Assembly (NCBI GenBank): GCA_041749555.1 | Contig: JBGTBC010000338.1 | Span: forward strand, 5,057-69,056 | Direction of reading: 5' to 3' | Source: Pyrinomonadaceae bacterium | Lineage (GTDB): Bacteria; Acidobacteriota; Blastocatellia; Pyrinomonadales; Pyrinomonadaceae | DNA: 64,000 nt | Shown here: positions 34,606 to 45,278 of the stretch, in pieces | Layout of the letters: each line of letters starts with the position of its first letter | How positions within the stretch are numbered: position 1 is the stretch's first letter | The notes under the pieces: model-generated | What the model was told of the DNA's origin: nothing | The model's database searches: none | What the model saw: only the letters and a program-made list of their open reading frames with translations | Made by a program: the position numbers and the translations under genes

Positions 34606-35403
34606 ATGTCGAAAACCGAAAAGGAACTCGCCTTTCTGCGCGACCTGTATGTCGAGTCCGAATGGACGCGCCGCTTTACCGAGCTCGTTGATAAGCACAT
34701 CGACCTATTCGATTCAGAGAATCTCGCATATCTCAATTCGGGTACAGGCGGCCACGCGCTTATTCTCGACGAAAAGTTTGGTGAAAAGATAGACATCTTT
34801 GCAACCTGTGCCAACGAAACTGAGCTCACGATCGCCTCTGACAAAGCCGCTGCCGTGAGTGCGAAGGTTGATTTTTCCTGTATCAGATTTGAGGACGATG
34901 CTTTTGACGCTGTTTTAGCCGATGCTACGCTTGTTCCGCCATTAGAGATTGGCGAATATATAGCCGACGCGACTCGAATTGCAATAACGGGCGGCGATGT
35001 GGCCGTATTCCTGCCGTCTCATGGTAGTTTTGGCGAGGTGTTTTCGCTCTTGTGGGAACTGTTCTTTACGGAGGAGCTCGCCGACCACGGAGCTGTGGTC
35101 GAGGAGTTCATCGCTCAGCTTCCTTCCGAGTCAAAGCTGGAATCAATAGCTGCAGAAGCCGGACTCGTCAATATACAGATTAAGACGCAGATCGAGATTT
35201 TCGAGTATGAGAATGGCGAGGAATTCGTAGCATCGCCTCTCGTCGCGGATTTCCTGTTCCCGTTTTGGTTTGACACACTCGACGATGATGAGAAGGATCA
35301 GGTTTCGGAGAAACTTGCCCAATTGATCGATAGTGAAGAAGGCGATCTGAGCTTTCGTTTTACGGTGAAGTCGACGCTGCTGACAGGGACAAAAGAAAAT
35401 TAG
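34606..35403 (+). CDS. class I SAM-dependent methyltransferase-like protein
   Basis: Contains YLNSGTGGHALIL, a degenerate motif I, and has an acidic C-terminal domain. Start taken at MSKTEKEL. The family call is weak. Confidence 0.5.
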   Translation: MSKTEKELAFLRDLYVESEWTRRFTELVDKHIDLFDSENLAYLNSGTGGHALILDEKFGEKIDIFATCANETELTIASDKAAAVSAKVDFSCIRFEDDAFDAVLADATLVPPLEIGEYIADATRIAITGGDVAVFLPSHGSFGEVFSLLWELFFTEELADHGAVVEEFIAQLPSESKLESIAAEAGLVNIQIKTQIEIFEYENGEEFVASPLVADFLFPFWFDTLDDDEKDQVSEKLAQLIDSEEGDLSFRFTVKSTLLTGTKEN

Positions 35404-35415
35404 CGAAACCAAAAG

Positions 35416-36276
35416 ATGAACGATAAGCGCTCTGCGATCATAGACTCCCTACTTCCGCCGGAGATGGCGTTAATGGCTGAAGATGTCGGCGCAAAAAAGG
35501 CCACGATGGGGTTGATGCCTCTATTCGTTTTGTCAATACTGGCGGGCGCGTTTATTGCATTTGGAGCGCTGTTTGCGACGACCGTGGCCGCCGGGGCTGA
35601 GGGGGTTCTGCCTTACGGTGTCATAAGGCTTTTAAGCGGATTCGTTTTTTCGCTCGGGCTTGTTCTTGTCGTGATCGGCGGAGCAGAGCTATTTACCGGT
35701 AACAATTTGATCGTAATGGCATGGGCCAACGGGCGGGTCACCACGTTTCAAATATTGCGGAACTGGCTAATTGTTTATCTTGGGAACTTCGTCGGTGCGC
35801 TCGGCGTGGCGGTGATGGTCTTCCTGAGCGGACAGCACCTATTCGGCGGAGGAGCAGTGTCAGCCGTCGCCCTCTCGATCGCCGATCACAAATCAGGACT
35901 TGGACTGGTAGAGGCTATCCTTCTTGGGGTTTTGTGTAATGTACTGGTCTGCCTGGCGGTTTGGATGAGTTACAGCGGCCGATCAACCATGGATAAGGTT
36001 ATTGCCGTGGTTCCCCCGGTTACTGCATTTGTTGCAGTGGGATTTGAGCACAGCATCGCAAATATGTACTTCATTCCGCTTGGCTTGATGATCAAGTACC
36101 GCCCATCCACCGACCTTTGGACTTCGATCGACAGGACAGCTGCCAATTATTCGTTTCTGACGATCGAAAATTTCTTTATTAACAACTTATTGCCGGTGAC
36201 CCTTGGAAATATTATCGGCGGCGCTGTGTTGGTAGGTGTCGTTTACTGGTTCGTTTATCTGCGAAAGGCAAGTTGA
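35416..36276 (+). CDS. formate/nitrite transporter family (FocA/NirC-like) channel
   Basis: Six TM helices. Contains GAELFTGN and GFEHSIANMY, the FNT signatures. Confidence 0.85.
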   Translation: MNDKRSAIIDSLLPPEMALMAEDVGAKKATMGLMPLFVLSILAGAFIAFGALFATTVAAGAEGVLPYGVIRLLSGFVFSLGLVLVVIGGAELFTGNNLIVMAWANGRVTTFQILRNWLIVYLGNFVGALGVAVMVFLSGQHLFGGGAVSAVALSIADHKSGLGLVEAILLGVLCNVLVCLAVWMSYSGRSTMDKVIAVVPPVTAFVAVGFEHSIANMYFIPLGLMIKYRPSTDLWTSIDRTAANYSFLTIENFFINNLLPVTLGNIIGGAVLVGVVYWFVYLRKAS

Positions 36277-36387
36277 ATCATCGGGAAGGTCAAATCAAAC
36301 GTATCGACCGGATCGAGAATCGAAATTGACTAAGAGAACTGAATTTTCGACTTTTCCTACTGAGTTTCGAAAACGAGTCTGAAATGT

Positions 36388-36654
36388 TCAATTAGAGTTC
36401 GCTTCTGCCCGGTTCCGCATTTCGTCAACTTTAGCTTCGTCTCTCACCTCAGCGATGGCCGGGGCATCGGCCGAGTTAAGCTTCTGTTTTTCAGCGGCCT
36501 CTTCTTCTTCGGCTTCGCGTAAACCTTCCTTAAATGCTTTTCGCGATTGGCCGAGCGATTTTGCAAGCTGCGGCAGACGCGTCGCTCCAAAAAGGAGGAA
36601 CAGCACCGCGACGATAAGTATTATTTCAGTTGATCCTAATGCCATGGCTAACAT
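36388..36654 (-). CDS. tatA: twin-arginine translocase subunit TatA/E
   Basis: Has the N-terminal TM helix plus an amphipathic helix, EIILIVAVLFLLFGATRLPQLAKSLGQSRKAFK, and an acidic tail. Confidence 0.85.
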   Translation of the reverse strand: MLAMALGSTEIILIVAVLFLLFGATRLPQLAKSLGQSRKAFKEGLREAEEEEAAEKQKLNSADAPAIAEVRDEAKVDEMRNRAEANSN

Positions 36655-36723
36655 AACTATCCCCTATTGGCCGTGAAGCGGCCGGATATTTCCACAAGTC
36701 AGTATATCATCGTTTTGCCCGCC

Positions 36724-37668
36724 CTACGATTTGAATCGTTCCATCGCATCCACGAGGGCCGATGTTATTCCTTTCTCCGAAACCGAATGACCCGCGTCCG
36801 CGACCACATTAAATTCCGCTTCGGGAAAGGCCTTGTGAAGTTCCCACGCAGAGGCGATGGGGCAAACGACGTCATAACGGCCCTGCACGATCACCGTCGG
36901 AATATGTCGGATCTTATCGACATTCTCGATCAGATAATTCTCCGATGGAAAAAACGAATTGTTCATAAAATAATGACATTCGATACGAGCGAGACTGAGC
37001 GCTTCATGCTCGCCTTCCCAGTGGTCCATCAGGTCCTTGTCCGGAAACAGTTTCGATGTAGAGCCTTCCCACACGCTCCAGGCTCTGGCGGCTGAAATCC
37101 TCACTGCAGGGTCGTCGCTCGTCAGCCGCTTGTGATAGGCGGCCCTGAACTCGCCGCGTACCTCTTCAGGGATCTCGTCGCGGTAGCGTTCCCAGTAATC
37201 GGGAAATATCTCAGAGGCGCCGTATTGGTAAAACCAGTCTAGCTCCTTCTTGCGTGTTAGGAAAATGCCTCTTAGGATCAGGCCGAGGCATCGATCAGGA
37301 TGTGTTTCGGCATACGCCAGGCTCAGCGTGCTGCCCCATGAACCGCCAAATACAAACCACTTATCGACACTGAATTTTTCCCGCAGCGACTCGATATCGT
37401 TGATCAGGTCCCACGTGGTGTTTTCCTGCAGCTCAGCGTGCGGAGTCGATTTGCCCGAGCCGCGCTGATCAAACAGGATCACCTGATAATAGCTCGGGTC
37501 GAAAAACTGCCGGTACATCGGGATCAGCCCGCCACCGGGCCCGCCGTGCAGAAAAACGACCGGAACACCTTGCGGGTTTCCTACCCTTTCGTAATAGATC
37601 GTATGAATGTCGGAAACAACTAGCATTCCCGAGTCGAAAGGCTCAATTTCAGGATAAAGACTTGCCAT
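36724..37668 (-). CDS. pip: prolyl aminopeptidase (proline iminopeptidase)
   Basis: Contains LYPEIEPFDSGML...VVFLHGGPGGG...FDQRGSGKS...GGSWGSTL. Confidence 0.85.
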   Translation of the reverse strand: MASLYPEIEPFDSGMLVVSDIHTIYYERVGNPQGVPVVFLHGGPGGGLIPMYRQFFDPSYYQVILFDQRGSGKSTPHAELQENTTWDLINDIESLREKFSVDKWFVFGGSWGSTLSLAYAETHPDRCLGLILRGIFLTRKKELDWFYQYGASEIFPDYWERYRDEIPEEVRGEFRAAYHKRLTSDDPAVRISAARAWSVWEGSTSKLFPDKDLMDHWEGEHEALSLARIECHYFMNNSFFPSENYLIENVDKIRHIPTVIVQGRYDVVCPIASAWELHKAFPEAEFNVVADAGHSVSEKGITSALVDAMERFKS

Positions 37669-37688
37669 AAAATTTTAGAAATATGCGC

Positions 37689-38066
37689 TTACTTGAGAGT
37701 CACAGACAAAGTTCGCGTCTGACCACAAAAACCACATCCATCATCGACTCCTGCTGTAATAGTATAAGTGTCTGCGGGAACGTCACCGATTTCCCACCGT
37801 ACGTTTTCACCTTTACCAATGATCTTTCCCACTGAAACAAAATACCCAAATCTAATAATTGAGCCATTTTCGTTTTCGACGGTAGATTTGACTGCGAACG
37901 TCCTGAAGTCGCCATCGACTTCGTTAATAACTAGGTCAATAACACTTGGGTGGTAACAGCTAATAACGCGGACTGGAGAGGGCTGACGCGAGGTCTTTGA
38001 CGATTGAGCCGCAATCGATTCGAATCCCAGGGAGAAGATAAGTATGGTAAGGACAAAATATTTCAA
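37689..38066 (-). CDS. exported hypothetical protein
   Basis: 125 aa with a signal peptide MKYFVLTILIFSLGFESIAAQ and a beta-rich composition. It directly abuts the asnB stop. Confidence 0.5.
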   Translation of the reverse strand: MKYFVLTILIFSLGFESIAAQSSKTSRQPSPVRVISCYHPSVIDLVINEVDGDFRTFAVKSTVENENGSIIRFGYFVSVGKIIGKGENVRWEIGDVPADTYTITAGVDDGCGFCGQTRTLSVTLK

Positions 38067-38068
38067 AG

Positions 38069-39961
38069 TTACCCCCTAAGAAACGTATCATACCATAGCT
38101 CAAAAACCAGCAACGTCCAAAGCTGCTTGTGATGGCTTGCAATTCCTCGCTCGTGTTCTGTTATCAGTTTTTGGACGTGAGTGGGTTCAAACAAGCCCTG
38201 ATCTTTCAGCCTCTCGGTTGCTAGCAGATCATGCATCAATGGATTAAGGCGACCTTTTAGCCATTCGGCGATCGGTATGCCAAAGCCTTTCTTTGAGCGG
38301 GTAAGTACGGAATGTGGAAGCAGGCCCTCGACTGATCTTTTCAGGATGTATTTGCCTTTACTGCCTCGGAGCTTGTAATTGAGCGGAAGTGACGCCGCAA
38401 ATTCGCCGATTCTGGGGTCGAGGAAGGGCGCTCGCGTCTCGAGCGAAACGGCCATTGAAGCGCGGTCGACCTTGCTGAGGATATCCTCAGCCATATAGAA
38501 ATTGATATCGAGATATTGCATCTGCTCGATCTCACTTGCGGCGTCGCAAATGCCGAGTAGATCGCGGGTCCCGGCGTAAATGTCGCCGGTTGTCTGCCGA
38601 CGTACGTGTTCTGTCAAAAGTGATTCCTGCTCGTCAATGGTGAACGAGCCAAACCACGAGTGGTGCCGGGTAATTGTGTCGTATTTCGTCGATCTAACGA
38701 ATCGTTTTGCTCGATAATCAAATGAGAGATTTTTTGTGGATACAGGAAGCATTCTTACAATGGGCTCGATCAGTCCGGATCTGAGAAACTGCGGTATCGC
38801 CCCGTATGCAGCCGCGACCTTGTGCCCGAAGTACATCGGATACCCAGCAAAAAGTTCATCACCTCCGTCGCCGCCCAGGGCAACCGTTACATGTTTTCTG
38901 ACGAAGCGGGCAAGCAGATAGGTCGGTATCAACGAGCCGTCAGAAAGCGGCTCGTCGAGCCACGTGCCGATCTCGCTGATCAGGTCGCCCGCCTTTGCGG
39001 CACTCAGTATTTCCTCGTAATGGTCAGTCCCGAGATGTTTTGCGACCAGCCGGGCATATTTCGTTTCATCGAACGAATCCTCAGAAAACCCGATCGAGAA
39101 TGTCTTTACAGTTTCGGTCGCGTGCTGCGTGGCAAATGCGGCGATCGCGGACGAATCGACACCGCCCGATAGCAGGACTCCCAGTGGAACGTCCGCCACC
39201 AGCCTCATACGCACAGCATCCGAAAGCAGAGCCCGGAGTTCCGCGGCCGCATTTTCTAGCGATTTAACCTGGCCCTTCTTGTTAAAAGTCAGGTTCCAGT
39301 AGCGGCGGATCTTAACCTCACCGTTTTCGACCGTCATTATGTGGGCGGCAGGTAGCTTGGAGATACCCTTGAATATCGACCGCGGTGCAGGTACGTAATC
39401 GAACGACAAGTACTGCCGGAACGCCTCCAGATCCAGCTCGCGAGTAACGGAAGGATGTGCGAGCAAGGCTTTCGGCTCGGAACCGTAAATCAGCTTGTTG
39501 TCAAAAACACCATAATACAAAGGTTTTTCCCCATAACGGTCACGTGCGAGGACGAGCCTCTTTCGACGCGAATCCCACAGCGAGATCGCGAACATCCCGT
39601 TCAAATGATCGACAAAATCGTCTCCATAAACCTCGTAAAGATGTGGAACGATCTCGGTATCGGTCTGTGTAACGAACTTGTGGCCGAGTTTTTCAAGGTC
39701 GGCGCGAACTTCGCGGTAGTTGTAAAGCTCGCCGTTCATCATCACGACAACGCTCTTGTCATCGTTGTAAACAGGCTGATCGCCGGTATGTAAATCAATG
39801 ATTGACAGCCGTCGCATGCCCAGCGCGACGTAGTCATCGGTCCAAATCCCTTCAGAATTTGGCCCGCGATGTGTGATCGTATCGCACATCGAGTGCAGCA
39901 CGGCTCTATCAACTTCCAATGTATTTGGTTTAAGATTTACCCAACCGGTAATTCCGCACAT
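38069..39961 (-). CDS. asnB: asparagine synthase (glutamine-hydrolysing)
   Basis: Has an MCGITG N-terminal nucleophile and the SGGVDSS PP-loop. Start taken at MCGI. Confidence 0.85.
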   Translation of the reverse strand: MCGITGWVNLKPNTLEVDRAVLHSMCDTITHRGPNSEGIWTDDYVALGMRRLSIIDLHTGDQPVYNDDKSVVVMMNGELYNYREVRADLEKLGHKFVTQTDTEIVPHLYEVYGDDFVDHLNGMFAISLWDSRRKRLVLARDRYGEKPLYYGVFDNKLIYGSEPKALLAHPSVTRELDLEAFRQYLSFDYVPAPRSIFKGISKLPAAHIMTVENGEVKIRRYWNLTFNKKGQVKSLENAAAELRALLSDAVRMRLVADVPLGVLLSGGVDSSAIAAFATQHATETVKTFSIGFSEDSFDETKYARLVAKHLGTDHYEEILSAAKAGDLISEIGTWLDEPLSDGSLIPTYLLARFVRKHVTVALGGDGGDELFAGYPMYFGHKVAAAYGAIPQFLRSGLIEPIVRMLPVSTKNLSFDYRAKRFVRSTKYDTITRHHSWFGSFTIDEQESLLTEHVRRQTTGDIYAGTRDLLGICDAASEIEQMQYLDINFYMAEDILSKVDRASMAVSLETRAPFLDPRIGEFAASLPLNYKLRGSKGKYILKRSVEGLLPHSVLTRSKKGFGIPIAEWLKGRLNPLMHDLLATERLKDQGLFEPTHVQKLITEHERGIASHHKQLWTLLVFELWYDTFLRG

Positions 39962-39988
39962 AAATAAACTAACCGGAGATCGACGCAT

Positions 39989-40999
39989 TTATCCGCGTCC
40001 ATCTGCGGTTAAATTCTTAAACCCTATCTTTTCGCGCACCGCATATATCGCCTTGTCCTGCGATTCGTGATATGTGCGGACGAGCAGCTCGGCCAGCAGG
40101 CCCATTAGAAAGAATTGCACCGAAATGGCGAGCATTACAACCGCGATGATCGGCAGCGGTGTGAGTATGAAAGACGTTCCGTAAAATAGCTTCAGCACCA
40201 ACGCCCACGCGCCCGAAACAATTGAGATCGCAAACGCGATCATCCCGAACGCCCCAAAAACGTATAGCGGCTTGGTATGATACTCGGCCATGAATTTGAT
40301 GGTGATGAGGTCGAATACCACCTTGATCGTCCGCGATATACCGTATTTCGATTTCCCCATCGTCCGGGCGTGGTGATCGACCGGGATCTCGGCCACCCGT
40401 GCGCCCGCCCAACTTGCGTAGATCGGGATAAACCGGTGCATTTCGCCGTAAAGCCTTACGTCCTGGATCACATCGCGGCGATAGGCTTTGAGCGAGCAGC
40501 CATAGTCGTGGAGTGGAACGCCGCCGATCCAAGAAATGATGCGGTTTGCGATCTGCGAGGGTATTTTGCGTGAGATAAGCTTGTCCTGGCGGTTCTTTCG
40601 CCATCCTGAAACAACATCGTAACCCTCGTTCAGCTTGTCGAGTAGTCGTCTAATGTCGGCCGGATCATTCTGCAGATCGGCATCCATCGGAATCAGAATC
40701 TGCCCTTTCGCGGCATCGATCCCGGCAGACATTGCAGCCGTTTGACCGTAATTCCGCCTAAGCGAGATCACGCGGACGCGATCATCCGCCGCAGCCAGTT
40801 CCTTTAAGATCTCAAGGCTCTTATCCGTCGAACCGTCATCCACATAGATCACCTCGGCAGTTTTGCCCAGTGAATCGAGTGCGGCCTGGATCTTCGCATG
40901 CATCGGCCGCAGGTTCTCTTCTTCGTCAAAAACAGGCAAAAACAAGGATAATTCGGGCGTTTCGGAGTCAGGGATCTTCTGCTGTATATCTATTGGCAT
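39989..40999 (-). CDS. family 2 glycosyltransferase with C-terminal TM helices (polyprenyl-phosphate sugar transferase-like)
   Basis: Contains LSLFLPVFDEEENL, ...VIYVDDGSTD and ...DADLQNDP. Two to three C-terminal TM helices resemble DPM1/ArnC-like enzymes. Confidence 0.8.
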   Translation of the reverse strand: MPIDIQQKIPDSETPELSLFLPVFDEEENLRPMHAKIQAALDSLGKTAEVIYVDDGSTDKSLEILKELAAADDRVRVISLRRNYGQTAAMSAGIDAAKGQILIPMDADLQNDPADIRRLLDKLNEGYDVVSGWRKNRQDKLISRKIPSQIANRIISWIGGVPLHDYGCSLKAYRRDVIQDVRLYGEMHRFIPIYASWAGARVAEIPVDHHARTMGKSKYGISRTIKVVFDLITIKFMAEYHTKPLYVFGAFGMIAFAISIVSGAWALVLKLFYGTSFILTPLPIIAVVMLAISVQFFLMGLLAELLVRTYHESQDKAIYAVREKIGFKNLTADGRG

Positions 41000-41240
41000 G
41001 ATAAACGAATAAATTTAAACGTTTTCGCGTAAAAAATACAGCCTGACTTATTTTTCGCGACTCCTATCGGAGTCTTTACGGAGGCGGATTTTTGGCTGCC
41101 GATGAAATAATCGGTACCGCTTGAGCTCCATTAGAAGCAGGCAATTAAACCTTGGTTCCGAGGATCTTTGCATCTTCTGGGGCCAAAATCCTCTCGGCCA
41201 TCGAGAGGAATATCGATTACGCTTTACTCCCACACTTTAA

Positions 41241-41927
41241 ATGCGGAAAATATATCCGATGAGGACACAATTGGCGGCCATGTTTTTTAGTTCGATGCTG
41301 TTCTGCTTTCAGATATCTGGACAGGATGTTAGCAATTCACCAACGCCACAACCGCAGCCCAAGAAATCTAATGAGCGACCCATGGAGACGGCATCAGCCG
41401 CAGAGCCATTCGACAAATCCGACATGAAAACAATGGCATCAAAATGCGTGGTGCTCGACACCGAGGCCGGTATGATCGAGATGGAGATGTATCCTGAAAG
41501 CGCGCCGGAATCCGTCCGAAATTTTCTCAATCTGGTCGCGATCGGGGCTTTCAACACAACGACATTCAGTCGTGTCGTGCCGGGATTTGTCGTTCAGGCC
41601 GGCAATATCTGGACTCGCGAGGGAGGTGTTTCGATGAACCTCGGCAGGAGGGCCAGGCGAACGATCCCGGATGAGCCGAACAAGATACTACATGAACGCG
41701 GGGTCGTTTCAATGGCCCGCTCAGATGAGCCAAATACCGCTACTACAAATTTCTTTATCCTAGTGGACACCGCTAATTATCTCGACGGAAAATTTGCCGC
41801 CTTTGGGCGTGTGACAAAGGGAATTGAGGTCGCAGACGCGATCAACAAGGCTCCTATCGAAGGAGAAAAGCCCGTTAAGCCCGTTCGGATCAGGAAGGCC
41901 AGCGTTATTGATTGTTCCGCAAAATAG
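41241..41927 (+). CDS. exported cyclophilin-type peptidyl-prolyl cis-trans isomerase
   Basis: Has a signal sequence followed by MEMYPESAPESVRNFLNL...FSRVVPGFVVQAGN...NFFI. Confidence 0.8.
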   Translation: MRKIYPMRTQLAAMFFSSMLFCFQISGQDVSNSPTPQPQPKKSNERPMETASAAEPFDKSDMKTMASKCVVLDTEAGMIEMEMYPESAPESVRNFLNLVAIGAFNTTTFSRVVPGFVVQAGNIWTREGGVSMNLGRRARRTIPDEPNKILHERGVVSMARSDEPNTATTNFFILVDTANYLDGKFAAFGRVTKGIEVADAINKAPIEGEKPVKPVRIRKASVIDCSAK

Positions 41928-41928
41928 T

Positions 41929-42318
41929 TCAGCCCAATACACGCGCAAATGCGATCACGTAGCCGTCGAGATCGATGCTGTAAGCGGCCTCATGGCCCCA
42001 ATCTCTCTGCTGCATCGGACTTAAATCAACCGCTCCCGCTGCAAGAGCACGTTGATGACAACTATGCGGGTCGTCCACGATCAGGTAGATCTCAGCCTTC
42101 GGTCCTGCTTCCTTGTTCCAGCTAATGCTGCGGCCGATCAATCTATTAACGCTTTTGTACGGCATAAGTCCGAGAACGGCGGTTTCGCTCAACTCAAACT
42201 CCGTCATTCCGGGAACATTTAATCGCGGCTGAATGCCGAGGGTTTCAACATAGAACTTAGTCGAGCGCTCCTGGTCGGACACATAGAGGATGAAGTGGGC
42301 AGCCGAGCTAATCATCAT
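41929..42318 (-). CDS. VOC (glyoxalase/bleomycin-resistance) family protein
   Basis: 129 aa. HFILYVSDQERSTKFYVETLG is the typical VOC N-terminal motif. Confidence 0.75.
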   Translation of the reverse strand: MMISSAAHFILYVSDQERSTKFYVETLGIQPRLNVPGMTEFELSETAVLGLMPYKSVNRLIGRSISWNKEAGPKAEIYLIVDDPHSCHQRALAAGAVDLSPMQQRDWGHEAAYSIDLDGYVIAFARVLG

Positions 42319-42637
42319 TAAAGTCGAGATCGAGGGTCATTCGGTAATCGTTGGCCATAGACGGATGGCCATACGACATCGAGACCTCAATACCCTTACG
42401 ATAGGTCTCGGCTGCTTTTTTACGATCCCCCGTGTTCGCGTATGCGTTCGCGAGAACCCCGTAAGCATTGCCTTCATCATCGGCGTTACCCAGATAGCTT
42501 TCCAGCATATGAATAACTTCAGAATGTAGCCCGAGCTTTTCATATTCCTTGGCAAGGCCGAACAAAACCATAGTGTTTCCCGGCTCGGACGCCAACATTT
42601 CCTTAAAGACTTCGATACGGTTGGTCATATACGACAA
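42308..42637 (-). CDS. tetratricopeptide-repeat protein
   Basis: 109 aa with two or three TPR-like helical repeats (LFGLAKEYEKLG..., YGVLANAYANTGDRKKAAETY). Confidence 0.6.
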   Translation of the reverse strand: MSYMTNRIEVFKEMLASEPGNTMVLFGLAKEYEKLGLHSEVIHMLESYLGNADDEGNAYGVLANAYANTGDRKKAAETYRKGIEVSMSYGHPSMANDYRMTLDLDFNDD

Positions 42638-42714
42638 GGTGACAATACGGCTTTTTCCGAAACGTAAAATGCCGCTTTTACAACGGCATTTTAACTTTTA
42701 AGATGAGGGAACGA

Positions 42715-43416
42715 TCAGTTTGCATATTTTGCTACAGTCTTAGAAAACTTCTGCAATTTGACTGGAGCAGATGACCAAAGAACTGGAGATTCGATCAGAA
42801 TCTGTTTAGCGGTCTTCTGATAGATCGCTCGGTTCATGTCATTATCATGCGTGATCACGACGCCTTTCAATGAAACACCTGCAAACAATCCCTTACTTCG
42901 GGAATAGCTCAATATCTCGGCGTCCAACGTCACGTTAGTCGAGGCGGCAGCCGTTCGTCCCACGGGTCCCGCAGACACGCTTCCCTCACCGCCAATTTCA
43001 AACTTGTCATCCAAGAGGCTCTTCAGACCCTTTTCATTCATGATAACAAGGACATAATCGGTTGACTGTCCGCCGATCTGAGGGCCAATGCTTCCGCCCC
43101 CCATATTAAGAAATGCCGGAGCACTCCAACCGTTATTCAAACGCCGAATCACAACGCCCTTGCCACCCTGTCCACCAACGATAAAGCCGAACTTAAGTGC
43201 GCCCGGGAAAACCACGATCGCATTGGACTTTTTTAGGAGATCCGTCGGTATCGACTTTTCGGCGATCTTCATGATCTCAGTCATAACATCCGAGGCTTTA
43301 TTTACCCGTTCCGCTCCCGACTTTATTTCCTTGGCATTGTTCTGTCCCAAGGAGTTCAAGCCGAGAACAGCGATGCATAACCCAACAATAAATATACTGG
43401 AGATACGTGATCTCAT
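42715..43416 (-). CDS. exported SYLF (Ysc84/DUF500) lipid-binding domain protein
   Basis: Contains FPGALKFGFIVGGQGGKGVVI ... GGSIGPQIGGQSTDYVLVIMN ... GLFAGVSLKG. Start taken at MRSRISS, which gives a signal peptide. Confidence 0.75.
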   Translation of the reverse strand: MRSRISSIFIVGLCIAVLGLNSLGQNNAKEIKSGAERVNKASDVMTEIMKIAEKSIPTDLLKKSNAIVVFPGALKFGFIVGGQGGKGVVIRRLNNGWSAPAFLNMGGGSIGPQIGGQSTDYVLVIMNEKGLKSLLDDKFEIGGEGSVSAGPVGRTAAASTNVTLDAEILSYSRSKGLFAGVSLKGVVITHDNDMNRAIYQKTAKQILIESPVLWSSAPVKLQKFSKTVAKYAN

Positions 43417-43528
43417 ATTAACCTCCCATTGAAATAAATAATTACAAGACTCATGCTTAATATATATCAAAGATTTGATGCCCCGTATGTGCGATAGGTT
43501 ACAAGACGCTTTTGGAGCTCTCCTGTGG

Positions 43529-44578
43529 TCAGAACAATGATCGCTGTTTGGAAGTCAGAACATCTTCAGGCTCCGCCTGTTTTTCGTGCTGACGAAATCC
43601 CAACCGCTGAGCGTGAAAATCGAAGAGTTTCTTCGTCATTTTCCACTGCTCGGTCTTGCCGACGCTGCGCTCATTGTAAGTTCGGTGTCTTAGAGTTCCA
43701 CCGCGTTCACGCATCATCGTGTTGACAATTTTAGTTACGCGCGTTGGTGGCAGACGCTCATGCATTTTCTGTACAAAATATTCCTCGATCGAATCCGTAT
43801 CAAGGTGGAGCAAAGACATGAAAGCACGGGTTGCTCCGCACTCTTTTGCCTTATCGAGTAAGCCCGGGATATCAGACTCGTTATAGCCAGGAATGACAGG
43901 TGCGATGCCGATCCCTACGTCGATGCCGGCCTCCGCGAGCTCACGCATCGCTCGAAACCGAGCGTCAGGAACTGGTGCGTATGGTTCGAACGGGTTCGAC
44001 TTTTCTTTTGTTAGGAACGGTATCGAGAAAAATACAGTTGCCTTCTCGAGTCGTTTGATTAAATCTATATCGCGGGTCACCAGGGGGGATTTCGTTATCA
44101 CTCCGACCGGTATCCGGAATTCGACGCATACCTCCAGGCATTTCCGCGTTAGCTCATAGGTCGCCTCGAGTGGCAGATAAGGGTCAGTCGCAAATGAGAA
44201 ATCCAGATGCGGCATTTTGTCGCGGCATTTCTTGAGTTCTTCGCGAAGCAGCTGTGGAGCGTTCGGTTTTACGACGATCTTGGTTTCGAAATCAGTCCCG
44301 GCGCCGTATCCGAGATACTCGTGATAATGGCGTGCAAAGCAATAAGTACAGCCATGAATACAGCCGCGATAACAATTGACGGTGTAACGCCAACCACCTT
44401 CCCAATCGGAAGCGAATGCCTTCGTTATGATTTTTTTTGTAGCGGTTTCTTCAAATATCTCGAGCTTTGTAGGGGGCGGTTCGCCAATGTATTCGGCTGA
44501 ATATTTGCTGTATGGGTTAGGAGGATTTTTGATATGTCGCACAGATGCAACAATATCGCACTTATAAATAAAAGACAA
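43529..44578 (-). CDS. radical SAM protein, PA0069 / SplB-like (DNA-photolyase-related) family
   Basis: Contains NCYRGCIHGCTYCFARHYHEYLG (CxxxCxxC) and has the usual length of about 350 aa. Confidence 0.7.
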   Translation of the reverse strand: MSFIYKCDIVASVRHIKNPPNPYSKYSAEYIGEPPPTKLEIFEETATKKIITKAFASDWEGGWRYTVNCYRGCIHGCTYCFARHYHEYLGYGAGTDFETKIVVKPNAPQLLREELKKCRDKMPHLDFSFATDPYLPLEATYELTRKCLEVCVEFRIPVGVITKSPLVTRDIDLIKRLEKATVFFSIPFLTKEKSNPFEPYAPVPDARFRAMRELAEAGIDVGIGIAPVIPGYNESDIPGLLDKAKECGATRAFMSLLHLDTDSIEEYFVQKMHERLPPTRVTKIVNTMMRERGGTLRHRTYNERSVGKTEQWKMTKKLFDFHAQRLGFRQHEKQAEPEDVLTSKQRSLF

Positions 44579-44668
44579 TTAGCTGCTAATGAACGAATGA
44601 CAAAGAACAGCAATCTAAATTCGCGTGATTTGTGTAATTCGTGGCTAAATCCCTTTCTGCATTCGAGG

Positions 44669-45193
44669 CTAAAGCTCTCTTTGCATCAACAGATCCGTTT
44701 GGGGGTCCGAACCGAGTTGAAACGTGTGCCTGCCTACAACTCGGAAGCCGTTCTTTTCGTAAAACCGGAGTGCCCGGGGGTTGTATTCCCATACGCCGAG
44801 CCACATGACGTCATGGCCGTGGTTTTTGGCGAGATCAAAGCACTCGTCCATCAGATTCTGCCCCACACCTTTACCAAGATATTCCTGATGAGAATAAAGG
44901 CGCGAAAGTTCAATCGGGTTATTCGCGATGATGCCATCCTCGATGCTGTCGATGATCAGTTTCGCGTATCCCGCGGCACAGCCGTCGATCTCTGCAATAA
45001 GAAATATCGAGTTCTTGTCAGCGAGTTCTTCGGTAATCTGCTCGAGATTAAAGGCCTGACGCATATAGTGATTCAGATCGTCAGGCGCATTTTTCGGATG
45101 GTGGGCAAAGGCGTCCCAGAAGGTTGTGTAGGCGAGGTCAGTGAGCGGCTTCGCGTCGTCGATCGTGGCACTGCGGATGGCGATATTTGCCAT
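44669..45193 (-). CDS. GNAT-family N-acetyltransferase
   Basis: Contains IRSATIDDAKPL and the acetyl-CoA motif Q.YLGKGVGQNLM with ...LGVWEYNPRALRFYEKNGF. Start taken at MANIAIRS. Confidence 0.8.
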   Translation of the reverse strand: MANIAIRSATIDDAKPLTDLAYTTFWDAFAHHPKNAPDDLNHYMRQAFNLEQITEELADKNSIFLIAEIDGCAAGYAKLIIDSIEDGIIANNPIELSRLYSHQEYLGKGVGQNLMDECFDLAKNHGHDVMWLGVWEYNPRALRFYEKNGFRVVGRHTFQLGSDPQTDLLMQREL

Positions 45194-45278
45194 AAATTGG
45201 AACCGGATGGGCAGACAATCAGGTTTATGTATGTACACCCTTATAGTCTTGTCCATCCCACGAGATTCGTTCGAGGTT